This document shows, piece after piece, positions 38,081 to 48,000 of a stretch of DNA of 56,773 nucleotides (within the stretch, counting starts at the first letter, position 1; each line of letters opens with the position of its first letter). The position numbers and the translations under genes were made by a program. The notes under the pieces were generated by a model that searched no databases, was not told the origin of the DNA, and saw only the letters and a program-made list of their open reading frames with translations. The DNA lies in the sequence record SRR2962707_1170; one strand, written 5' to 3'.

Positions 38081-39346
38081 ATGAAATTCAATAGACGTGC
38101 ATTCATGGGCACGGCGACAGCGGCGGCGGCTTCGTTATCCGCGCCACTGGCGTTTGCCGGGGGCCACGGAAAACCAAATGTGGTGGTTGTCGGCGGTGGG
38201 GCAGGCGGTGCAACTGCCGCGCGCTACCTCGCCAAAGACAGCAAGGGTGAGATCAATGTTACGCTGATCGAACCCAGCAGAGCCTATTACACGTGCTTCT
38301 TCTCGAACCTGTATATTGGCGGGTTTCGCGACATTGATGATATCGGACACACCTATGGCACCTTGGCCTCGCAGGGTGTGAACGTCGTGCATGATTGGGC
38401 CGTTGGCGTGGATCGCGACGCAAAGACTGTTGCTTTGGCGGGCGGTGGCTCTGTTCCGTATGACAAACTGATCCTGAGCCCCGGCATTGATTTTGTCGAT
38501 GGGGCTGTAGAGGGCTGGGATCTGAGCGCGCAGAATGCCATGCCGCACGCTTACAAAGCCGGATCGCAAACCGAGTTGCTTAAGGCTCAGATCATGGCGA
38601 TGCCCGCAGGCGGCACCTTTGCAATGGTCGCCCCACCGAACCCTTACCGTTGCCCGCCGGGCCCGTATGAGCGGATTTCGATGGTTGCGCATCTGTTGAA
38701 AGCAAACAATCCAACGGCCAAGATCATTGTGGCGGACCCAAAAGAAAAATTCTCCAAAATGGCTTTGTTCCAAGAGGGTTGGGCCAACCATTATGAAGGC
38801 ATGGTTGATTGGATCGGATCAGATTTCGGCGGTGGCAATGTGTCTGTTGATCCCGGCGCGATGACCGTGACAATTGATGGGGAAGTCACCAAGGTGGATG
38901 CCTGCAACGTTATTCCGGCGATGAAAGCCGGCAGAATTGCGCATCTGGCAGGCGTGACCGAAGGGAATTGGGCGCCAGTGAATGCTGCGGACATGAGCAC
39001 CAAAGCAGACCCAGATGTCTATGTTCTGGGGGATTCCAGTCAACAGGGCGACATGCCGAAATCCGGATTTTCTGCCAACAGTCAGGCCAAGGTCTGTGCA
39101 AACGCGGTGCGGGGCGCGCTAACGGGGTCGCGGGTTTTCCCGGCGAAATTCTCGAATACCTGCTGGTCTTTGATTGACACCAATGACGGTGTCAAAGTTG
39201 GTGCGACCTATGAGGCGACACCAGAGAAAATCGCGAAGGTTGACGGGTTCATTTCGCAGACCGGAGAGAGTGCAGATGTTCGCAAAGCCACTTTCGAAGA
39301 ATCCGAGGGTTGGTACGCAGGCATAACAGCTGACATGTTCGGCTAA
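38081..39346 (+). CDS. soxF: Flavocytochrome c sulfide dehydrogenase flavoprotein SoxF/FccB
   Basis: Tat signal NRRAFMG; GGGAGG; YYTCFFSNLY; RCPPGPYER; MPKSGFSANSQAK; NTCWS. Confidence 0.92.
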   Translation: MKFNRRAFMGTATAAAASLSAPLAFAGGHGKPNVVVVGGGAGGATAARYLAKDSKGEINVTLIEPSRAYYTCFFSNLYIGGFRDIDDIGHTYGTLASQGVNVVHDWAVGVDRDAKTVALAGGGSVPYDKLILSPGIDFVDGAVEGWDLSAQNAMPHAYKAGSQTELLKAQIMAMPAGGTFAMVAPPNPYRCPPGPYERISMVAHLLKANNPTAKIIVADPKEKFSKMALFQEGWANHYEGMVDWIGSDFGGGNVSVDPGAMTVTIDGEVTKVDACNVIPAMKAGRIAHLAGVTEGNWAPVNAADMSTKADPDVYVLGDSSQQGDMPKSGFSANSQAKVCANAVRGALTGSRVFPAKFSNTCWSLIDTNDGVKVGATYEATPEKIAKVDGFISQTGESADVRKATFEESEGWYAGITADMFG

Positions 39347-39506
39347 GTATAACGCATGGGCCGTTCCGGTGAGCGGCCCATACATTCAAGGTGTAGTCGC
39401 TTCTCAGGTTGAAACCTTCGGCACGCCCCAACGACGATCAAAAGAGATGACGGGTGCCAGAGCTTTCACCAAAGCAATGCGTCGGTGTACTGTCAAACCG
39501 GTGGGA

Positions 39507-40487
39507 TCAATCGGCTTGGCTCGGCAATTTTCCAAAGCGGGCTTTGTAGTCCCTTGAAAATCGGCCTAAATGGGAAAACCCATTCGAATAGGCTACATCA
39601 GTTACAGAAGGCTTATTTTGTCGAACCGTCAGTTGGTAATGCGCGGCATCAAGACGGGCATTGTGCAGCACCTGCATGGGGCTCATGTGAAACGCCCGTT
39701 GAAATCCCTTTTGCAGCGTCCGGACATTCATCGAAGAATACTGCGCGATGTCACCCAATCGAATGGGCTCGGCCAAGTTTGCGTGAATGAAGGACAAGGC
39801 CAGTTTGATTCCGGCGGGCAACACCTGACGATCCGATTCAGGGATCATGTGCGAAATGTTGCTCGCTTGCAGGGTAAGCAGTTTGGTGACCAGATCGGAT
39901 TCGGCCCACATGTCCTGAACTGTGCGTTGTTCTGCAAATAGTGCGCCAGATTCAGCAAACAGAGCTGTACGTACCACCATTTTTTGGATTCGCTTCCCAC
40001 CTTCACTGCTGAGGTCCACAATGGGATCAAACCGGACATCGCCCGGAGCAGGGACGCCCAGCACCTCTTCGGCCTTGCGGTGCAAATAGGCTTTGTCGAT
40101 TTGTAGAAGCAGTTTCCGGCAGTTTTTGCCCCAGACCATGTTGGTCTCGCGGTCCGGATTCAAAAGCGTTGCCGTATTGCGGCTGGCGACAATTTCTTTG
40201 CCACGATGATGTACGACCGCATGGCCGTTCAGCGGAACCTGCAGCAGATAGAAATCTTCCAGCATTCCGGGATCGATTTGAACATTTGCACCGTAATGCA
40301 GGTAGTTTATTGAGACATGCTGGCCGGACACGTGGTTGTGGCGCACGGATAATCGATCTGATTTCGAAGCGACAAATAGTTTGTGGTCACAGAATTTTTC
40401 TGTGACGCAGTGGCGTGCCTCATCAAGGTCGCCTGTCCGCAATAGCGGATAACTTGCCAAAAATTCGTGCGATTGTATGTGCTGCAT
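39507..40487 (-). CDS. AraC family regulator (AraC_binding_2 N-terminal domain)
   Basis: NVRTLQKGFQRAFHMSPMQ ... SVTDVAYSNGFSHLGRFSRDYKARFGKLPS; start taken at MQHIQ. Confidence 0.9.
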   Translation of the reverse strand: MQHIQSHEFLASYPLLRTGDLDEARHCVTEKFCDHKLFVASKSDRLSVRHNHVSGQHVSINYLHYGANVQIDPGMLEDFYLLQVPLNGHAVVHHRGKEIVASRNTATLLNPDRETNMVWGKNCRKLLLQIDKAYLHRKAEEVLGVPAPGDVRFDPIVDLSSEGGKRIQKMVVRTALFAESGALFAEQRTVQDMWAESDLVTKLLTLQASNISHMIPESDRQVLPAGIKLALSFIHANLAEPIRLGDIAQYSSMNVRTLQKGFQRAFHMSPMQVLHNARLDAAHYQLTVRQNKPSVTDVAYSNGFSHLGRFSRDYKARFGKLPSQAD

Positions 40488-40620
40488 GCGCGCTCCTAGC
40501 CGAAAAGCTAGGCTTTTTGCTGGATATTTCAAGCATAAAGTAAATGCGTTCGTTTTTTGGATAAGCGGCTTTGACAGACTGACCCAATCTCTTGTCACAA
40601 CCAAACAACAGGAGAGAATT

Positions 40621-41061
40621 ATGGAAAAGGGTGTTATCCCGGCCGCAAGTGGCCTTCAGAATATGTCATGGAATGTCGTTGGCCATACCTACGTCCCCAA
40701 AGTACTGAGCCCGAATGCGTTTATCTGGCATGCGGTTATCCCTGCAGAGACGTTTGTCCCGCCGCATATCCACGCGACCCAAGATGAATGGATTGTGATG
40801 CTTGAGGGCAATCTTGAAGTCGAATTTCTAGGCGATGTTCATAAGGCGGGCCCCGGCGACACTGTCTGTATGCCGATGGGCGAAGCGCATGGGATTTTCA
40901 ATCGCTCAGGGAAAGAAGCCAAATGCGTGTTCGGTGTCGCTCCGGCGCGCAAGTTGTTTGATCTCTTTACGAAACTTGATGGCGTGACCGACCCTGCCGA
41001 ACTTGTCCGGCTTTCTGCTATGCACGAAGTTGATTTCCTGCCACCGCCCGAAGAAGCTTAA
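40621..41061 (+). CDS. Cupin domain protein
   Basis: PPHIHATQDEWIVMLEG ... AGPGDTVCMPMGEAHGIFN; GGAGA RBS. Confidence 0.88.
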   Translation: MEKGVIPAASGLQNMSWNVVGHTYVPKVLSPNAFIWHAVIPAETFVPPHIHATQDEWIVMLEGNLEVEFLGDVHKAGPGDTVCMPMGEAHGIFNRSGKEAKCVFGVAPARKLFDLFTKLDGVTDPAELVRLSAMHEVDFLPPPEEA

Positions 41062-41076
41062 GGTGGGGGCAAACAT

Positions 41077-42564
41077 ATGACACAACGAAAAAAAATCGCT
41101 GTCATCGGCGGTGGGGTCAGTGGCCTTGCCGCGGCGAAAGCCTTTGATGAAAAGGGCCACAGAGTTTGCGGTTTCGAACGCAGCCACGATTTTGGCGGTG
41201 TTTGGGAATTGTCCCGATCCTATCCGGATGTACAGACCCAGTCGCCCAAGGATCTGTATTGTTATACCGACCTTCCAATGCCGGTGGATTACCCGGAATG
41301 GCCAAAAGGGCCACAAGTGCATGCCTATCTGCATTCCTATGCGGCCAAGCACAGGCTGGCGCGTCTGTTTCGCCTGAATACCACGATCAAGTCGATGGAT
41401 CGCCGTGCAGACGGCGCTCCGGGATGGACGCTGACAATCGAGGCCGGAGCGCATGAGTGGACCGAAGACTTTGACTTTGTTTCGGTCTGCACGGGCCAGT
41501 TTTCGGAAAAGAACATTATTTCACACCCCGGGCAGGAGGATTTTGTCGCCCGTGGTGGGGACGTCATGCATTCGTCGGAATATACCGACCCAAGCGTGTG
41601 CACAGGCAAGGATGTTGTGGTTCTGGGCGGGTCCAAATCCGCAACAGACATTGCCGTGAATGCAGCAAAGAATGGTGCGCGATCGGTTCGCCTTGTCTAT
41701 TTGGAAAACGTCTGGCGCGTCCCTTACTTTGTGGGCGGGATCAACTTTAAACGTTTGCTGTACATGCGGGCGCAGGAACAACAGTTCAACCAATGGGGCA
41801 AGAACCCGCTGCAACGGGTCATTGCGGCGATTCTCAAGCCGTTGGTCTGGGCGAATTTCCGGGGTCTTGAAACGTTACTCAAAGCTCAGCTTAAGTTGAA
41901 AAAGCATGGCATGGTGCCAACGACACCCATCGAGAAAGAGGTCTCCTGTTCCGTGCCTATCGTGACGCCCGGCTTGATCGAATGCCTGGATGCGGGAACC
42001 ATTAAGCCCGTGATTGCCACCTTTGACAGTTACACAGAACAGGGGTTGAAGCTGACAAACGGTGAAACTGTCCCTTGTGACGTTGCCATTTTGGCCGTGG
42101 GTTGGAAACTGGGCGTGCCATATCTGCCTCAGGAATTCCAAGCGAAACTGATCGAGGATGACGGTCAATATCGGGTCTATCGTTTATCGGTTAATCCCGA
42201 TTTGCCGGACATGGGGTTTGTTGGGTTCAACTCGAGTTTTTGCACGGTTCTTTCCGCTGAAATGATCGCCAACTGGTTGGTGAGATATGCAGACGGGCAA
42301 CTCCAGAACCAACCGACAGCAACGGCGATGAACCAAAACATCGACATGATGTTGAACTGGAAACGCAACGAACGGCCCGCCGCGCAAATCTATGGCGGAC
42401 TGTGTTCGGCACCCTTCCACTTTAAGCACTTTGACGAATTATTGTCGGACATGGGGGCGACCAAAAAGAAACGGGGAAACCCACTAGCCGAGCAGTTCTC
42501 TTACCCTAATGCGGCTGCTTATGGGACGTTTTTGGCGTCCACACCGCACTACCAAGCACAGTAG
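41077..42564 (+). CDS. Flavin-containing monooxygenase (class B, FMO-like)
   Basis: GGGVSG, DFGGVW, FVARGGDVMHSSEY (FxGxxxHxxxY variant) and second Rossmann GGSKSA. Confidence 0.88.
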   Translation: MTQRKKIAVIGGGVSGLAAAKAFDEKGHRVCGFERSHDFGGVWELSRSYPDVQTQSPKDLYCYTDLPMPVDYPEWPKGPQVHAYLHSYAAKHRLARLFRLNTTIKSMDRRADGAPGWTLTIEAGAHEWTEDFDFVSVCTGQFSEKNIISHPGQEDFVARGGDVMHSSEYTDPSVCTGKDVVVLGGSKSATDIAVNAAKNGARSVRLVYLENVWRVPYFVGGINFKRLLYMRAQEQQFNQWGKNPLQRVIAAILKPLVWANFRGLETLLKAQLKLKKHGMVPTTPIEKEVSCSVPIVTPGLIECLDAGTIKPVIATFDSYTEQGLKLTNGETVPCDVAILAVGWKLGVPYLPQEFQAKLIEDDGQYRVYRLSVNPDLPDMGFVGFNSSFCTVLSAEMIANWLVRYADGQLQNQPTATAMNQNIDMMLNWKRNERPAAQIYGGLCSAPFHFKHFDELLSDMGATKKKRGNPLAEQFSYPNAAAYGTFLASTPHYQAQ

Positions 42565-42571
42565 GTCACCA

Positions 42572-43387
42572 ATGCTAAAACCGATCAAAGACTGGGACGA
42601 CGCCTTTGCAAACATGGCCCATGTGGCTGGCTCTGAGGCGTTGCCTCAGCTTTGGTCGGAAAGTGCCGAAGCCTATCGATCAAGTGCTGTAAAAACCGAT
42701 TTGGACATTGCCTATGGGGATCAACCCCGTGAATGCTTTGATCTGGTCTGGCCCGAAGGCGCAGCTAAGGGGCTTGTCGTATTTATTCACGGCGGGTTTT
42801 GGATGCGTCTGGACAAATCTTACTGGACCCATTTTGCCGAAGGTGCCCGTGCAAAGGGATGGGCGGTCTGTCTGCCGAGCTACACGCTGGCCCCCGAAGC
42901 GCGTATCCGAGATATGACAAGCCAAATCGCCAGGGCGGTTGAGCGTGCCGCATCCATCGTCGCTGGGCCACTTCGGATTACAGGGCATTCAGCTGGTGGG
43001 CATCTTGCCACTCGCATGATCTGTGAAGATACCAAGCTATCCGCACCTTTGCTCGAGAGGGTTGCCACGGTTCAATCCATCAGCGGCCTGCACGACCTTC
43101 GGCCTTTAATGCAGACCAAAATGAACGACATCCTGAACATAGATGAGGCAGAGGCGAAACAGGAGAGCCCGATATTGCACAGACCGGTCCTGCCGGTTCC
43201 ATTGACCTGTTGGGTTGGCGGAGGGGAGCGCCCTGAATTTATCCGTCAGTCGGAGGTTCTGGCCCAGATGTGGCGTGGCCTTGATACCCAAACACAATGT
43301 GTGATTGAGGCTCAGCACGATCATTTCACGGTTATCGAAGCGTTGCGCGATCCGGTAAGCGATATTGTCTTGAATTTGCTCGGTTGA
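42572..43387 (+). CDS. Alpha/beta hydrolase, arylformamidase-like
   Basis: FIHGGFW, GHSAGGH, ISGLHDLRPL, ERPEFIRQS and HDHFTVI. Confidence 0.85.
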   Translation: MLKPIKDWDDAFANMAHVAGSEALPQLWSESAEAYRSSAVKTDLDIAYGDQPRECFDLVWPEGAAKGLVVFIHGGFWMRLDKSYWTHFAEGARAKGWAVCLPSYTLAPEARIRDMTSQIARAVERAASIVAGPLRITGHSAGGHLATRMICEDTKLSAPLLERVATVQSISGLHDLRPLMQTKMNDILNIDEAEAKQESPILHRPVLPVPLTCWVGGGERPEFIRQSEVLAQMWRGLDTQTQCVIEAQHDHFTVIEALRDPVSDIVLNLLG

Positions 43388-43573
43388 AGCCGCCGTCACT
43401 GGGGAACGAGTTGTTTTCTGAGCTTAGAAACTGAAAACCAGCGGCGTCGGTTTCTAGTCTTGATCCGCTTGTCTCGAATGGACGGTGGAGCGAAAATATG
43501 CCACAAAGGAGGAGAGGGGAAGCGGAGCCGAAATTTCGTCACCTTACCAACGTAGGAAATGGATCTGCCGAAA

Positions 43574-44668
43574 TTACGGCAAACTCGCCAGTTTCTTGGA
43601 GAGAAACATCATTCTTATCTGCATCGCCGCGTTTTTATCATTAGATAACTCTTGGACGATATTTATCATCTGTGGGGTCAGGTCGTTTCGTTTCAAAATC
43701 AGATAATCTGCCAAGACTCTTCTGACAAAGGAAGATCTGTCCTGTGCGGCGCTCTGGAGCACGTCTCTTTCACTGAAGTTCTTCTCAATTGTGCGGGTCT
43801 CGTATTCGGCAACCCGCCGAGTGAGCCCATATTCTTTGCTCACCCAATCATGGCGATATCCGACAAACCATCGAGCACGTCTCATTAGAAGAGTTTCAAC
43901 GGCTATTGCCCTGATGATAGGAAGTTTTGCTTCAAGGGCCAATTGTTCTAGATATTCATCAAACTCCGGCTGGCGCAAAATAAGTCGCAGATTTCTGCCC
44001 ATGTTGCCTTTCCGTACTGTTAGGAATTGTCTGTAGAGCTTGTCCAAAACCTCTGGCCGGTAGATATTTTCCATTAAAACTGAATGCGCTTCATCTTCCC
44101 ATCTTTTGAAATGGACTATATGCGGAAGAACAAAAAACGTACTCTCACATATTACTTCAGGTCTCGTGACCGGAAGATACTCTCTAGCATACGAAATTGA
44201 TGCCGCGCGAACATTTTGTACCCAATCATTCAGCCGGTAAACAACGGCCGTGACTTCAAATGGGCAGCTGGGTGGTGTCGTCATTTCTTCCATTGCAGCT
44301 TGTCGCACATAGCCATTTCCATGAAACATTAACAGCCACCCCAAATCGGAGTGTCTTTTTAGTCTATCTTCACCCTGATCATGTCCTAGACCCAAAGCTT
44401 GCAGGATACGCGCGATTGTCGAAATGGGTGCTGGGAAGACGTAGTTATGGTGCATTTGGGCAATCTGCCCAATCTCATACACGGCGTCAGGCATGGCGTC
44501 CGCTGGCAGTTCGCGCAATTCGTTTCGGAACGCAACGATGCTCTCTTCACGTACTGAGTTTGTTTGAAACTGCCTTCCCAGATTTCGCGCGATGGCTTGA
44601 GCGCTTTGTGGAAGAACCGATTTTTTTGAATGGGTGAATAGTCTGGGGTATTTTGAAAGGGCTGGCAT
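43574..44668 (-). CDS. Hypothetical HEAT/alpha-solenoid-like protein, lower GC
   Basis: 364-aa ORF with FHGNGYVRQAA, RLNDWVQNVRAA and QDRSSFVRR HEAT-like motifs; visibly AT-richer than its flanks. Confidence 0.6.
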   Translation of the reverse strand: MPALSKYPRLFTHSKKSVLPQSAQAIARNLGRQFQTNSVREESIVAFRNELRELPADAMPDAVYEIGQIAQMHHNYVFPAPISTIARILQALGLGHDQGEDRLKRHSDLGWLLMFHGNGYVRQAAMEEMTTPPSCPFEVTAVVYRLNDWVQNVRAASISYAREYLPVTRPEVICESTFFVLPHIVHFKRWEDEAHSVLMENIYRPEVLDKLYRQFLTVRKGNMGRNLRLILRQPEFDEYLEQLALEAKLPIIRAIAVETLLMRRARWFVGYRHDWVSKEYGLTRRVAEYETRTIEKNFSERDVLQSAAQDRSSFVRRVLADYLILKRNDLTPQMINIVQELSNDKNAAMQIRMMFLSKKLASLP

Positions 44669-45026
44669 TCCTAATCCATATAACTTTTTATCTTTTCTTG
44701 CACGATTTAAAAAAAAGACCTGTGCTCATCGACGACGCCCGCTCTGAAAGCCGATTTAAGGTCTTGGAAAAAAATGTCCAGAATTGAAGTCTCATTTCTA
44801 ATATCGTCTCGCTTTCGGATGAATGGAAAACAAGGCTATTTGTGGTGCCCTGTCTGCTAGGAATATTTATGTTGAGTGAAATCCAAAGCTGCACGCAAAC
44901 GTCCACTCAGTCGGCGGCATGCGGAACCATCCCCAATAGGTGATGTTTCGGGTAAGGTGTTATAGCTGTTTCACAGGCAGAATTTGCGTAAAACTGAGAA
45001 AAACAACGTTTTTCATCTGATCCAAT

Positions 45027-45061
45027 AAAAAAACCCGCGCAATGATACCTTCATGCGCGGG
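45027..45061 (-). terminator. Rho-independent terminator after the RTX protease gene
   Basis: AAAAAAA-CCCGCGCA...TGCGCGGG. Confidence 0.7.
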
Positions 45062-45087
45062 CTCGTTCTTTTGAGTGAGAAACCTTG

Positions 45088-48000
45088 TTACAGGATCACA
45101 TCACCATCCGTAAATCGAAGGATTTCGACATTCGTCAGAACGTCTGTCACCGACGTATTAATGTTGGTTACCAATGTTTGGAGTGAATCCAACGGGTTGT
45201 TGATATTTGTAAACTCAGCTTGAGTGCCATCGTAAATGACAACATCTCTGTCGTCACCACCGTCAATCGTGTCGGCTTTATCGGACGAATAAATGAAGTC
45301 GTCACCCTCAAGCGCATCAATCGAAGTAATTGCACCAAAGGCATGCAGGGAGTCGCCAAAGTCGGAGCCTTCGAGGCGTTCGACATCGCGGTAGCTGTCA
45401 CCACGTGCATCGCCAGAAGCCGCGCCCGTCGCCGAGTTCGAAACCGTACGCGCATAGAACTGTCCGAAATCAGCCGCTAAGAAGCCAACTTGTTCCAGCC
45501 CATGGGCAACTTCTGCGTCGTTTGATCTTTCTTCCTCCATCATCACAAGCGCGTTGTCGCCGTCTACCAAAGTGGTTCGAAGTGCGACCGTGTCTGCGTC
45601 GTTGTAGCTTTGAATTGATGCCAAGAAGGCAGGTGTTGCCCCCAAATCATCACCATAGATCACATCTGTCACGGCGTTGTTTCCTGCCATCATATCGGCT
45701 GTACCGGAAATCAGGCCATTGGCGGCGTCACCGCCCGCTTCGATTGCGATATACGAGATCTGTTCGTTGTTGTGGACGCCGTCTGCGGCTTCTTCTTCCG
45801 CAACGAGAGCGTCAAAACCAGCTGTATTGATGTTGGACAATCGGGCTGTAACCGCCGCGCCACCGTTGACACTTGATACCTGAGCCAACACCACAGGGGC
45901 GGTGTCAAAGGCATCTGCAAAGCTTTGCGTTGAGAAGTTATGGTTTGAGCTTCCGACACCTGCCACAACTTGACGACCATCTGCCAGTTCATGCGTCCCA
46001 GCGGAAATCGCCATCCAGCTCACAGTTTCTGCTGCATGGACGCCATTGAGGTAATTCCATTCGTCCAATTGGAATTCAAAACCGGTGTCCGTTACATTGC
46101 GGACCCGAGTAACCATCGGGTCTGAACCGTTAAAGCTTACTGGTCCCATGACAACGACGGCGTTGGAAATGGCATCACTAAAACTGACGCTATGCCACTG
46201 AGCCGAACCCGATTGTGCCACGGTTGATGACCCGACTTCACCAATCGCCGCCCCTTGGACGACAACGCCCGCAGTTGCATCACGATAAGAAACCAAGTCA
46301 TTGTCCGCGCCACCGTCAAGAAGCTCGGCGTGGCGAGCGCCTGCCAATGTGTCATCACCGCCAAGACCGGACAACGTTTCAATGTTGCCAAAGCCAGACA
46401 GTTTGTCGGCGAAGGCAGATCCTTCAATCGCTTCTACATCCCGGTAGCTATCACCCATCGCATTGCCGGCAGCAACGGCCCCGTTTTCAACGGTCCGACC
46501 ATAGAGCTGGCCCATGTCTGTCGCAAGATAACCGACTTGTTCGCTGGTATGAGAAACTTCTGCATTGGCAGATTTTTCTTCTTCCATTTTCACGAGGGCA
46601 TTGTCGCCATCGACATCTGTTAGTCGAAGGGCGACTGGATCGGCCCCCACGAAGGACTGCATTGTGGCCAAGAAGGCAGGCGTCCCTTCTAAGTCATCAC
46701 CAAAGGCGATGTCCGTCACAACGTTGTTGCCCCCAGTCAAAGCGGTGACACCCGCAATCATGCCATTGTCTGCGTTACCACCTGCGTCGATCGCGATATA
46801 GGAAATCTGTTCGTAGTTGTGGATCCCATCGGCGGCTTCTTCTTCTTGGACAAGCGCATCAAATCCGCCTGTTGTCACGTTTTGCAATCGTGTTGTGACT
46901 GCGGCGCCGCCATTGGCACTGGATACTTGTGCCAATACCACAGGCGCATTTGCGAAGTCCGAGGCAAAGGATTGCGTCGAGAAGTCTTGATTGGCCGATC
47001 CAAGACCCGCGACCACCTGACGACCGTCAGCCAGTTCGTGTGTGCCTGCGGAAATAGCCATCCAGCTGACAGTTTCTTCAATATGGGCACCGTTTAGGTA
47101 ATTCCATTCGTCCATCTGGAATTCGAAACCAGTGTCGGTCACATTGCGAACCCGCGTGACCATGGGGTCTGTGCCGTTGTAGCTGATCGGTCCCAAGACG
47201 ACGACGGCGTCGGTAATTGTTTCGCCAAAACTGACAGAGTGCCACTGACGGTATCCTGCCTGCGTGACGGTTGCCGAACCGCTTTCACCAATCGCAGTCC
47301 CTTCGACCACAACGCCAGCCCCTGCATCGCGATAAGAAACGAGGTCAGTATCTGCCCCCCCATCAATAATATCGATGCCGGTATGGGTTCCGAGCGTGTC
47401 ATCGCCACCCATACCGTTCAGTTCCACGGCTTCGACATCAATCAATTCCAGATCGAACGTACCGCGGTTTGTGCGTTGAAGTGTTAGACCACCAGATTCA
47501 TCGTAGGAGATGACATCTGCGTTGCGGTTGTCCAGATTGACCCGCATCGTGTCGGTATCGCCACCGCCATCAAAGGATTCACCGCCATCGCCATGGTTCC
47601 AAATGGCAAGGTCGTCGCCCATGCCGCCTTCGACGGTGTCGACGCCCTTTCCTCCGGTCAGTGTGTCGTCACCTGCGCCACCTACGAGGGAATCTGCACC
47701 ACCATTACCCGAGATTGAATCGTTAGAGTCTGTCCCGCCAATCGTTTCCGCATCAGAGTCGCCAATGACGTGAACATTTGCACCCGGATCTGACGAAACA
47801 AACGCGCTGGTTGAAATTGGGGAAAGATCAAAATTCGTGGAAGCACCCATATGCAGTTCCAGAACGTAGTTCAGCACAGAATGGCTGGCGCCGCTCACAC
47901 TCTCAAAACCATTGGTAACAAACGCGTTTGCATCAAATTGGGCTGTCAAATCTCCTGGTGCGGATGGAGATCCTGTTTCTTCAAAGGCCAAATCTTCTAC

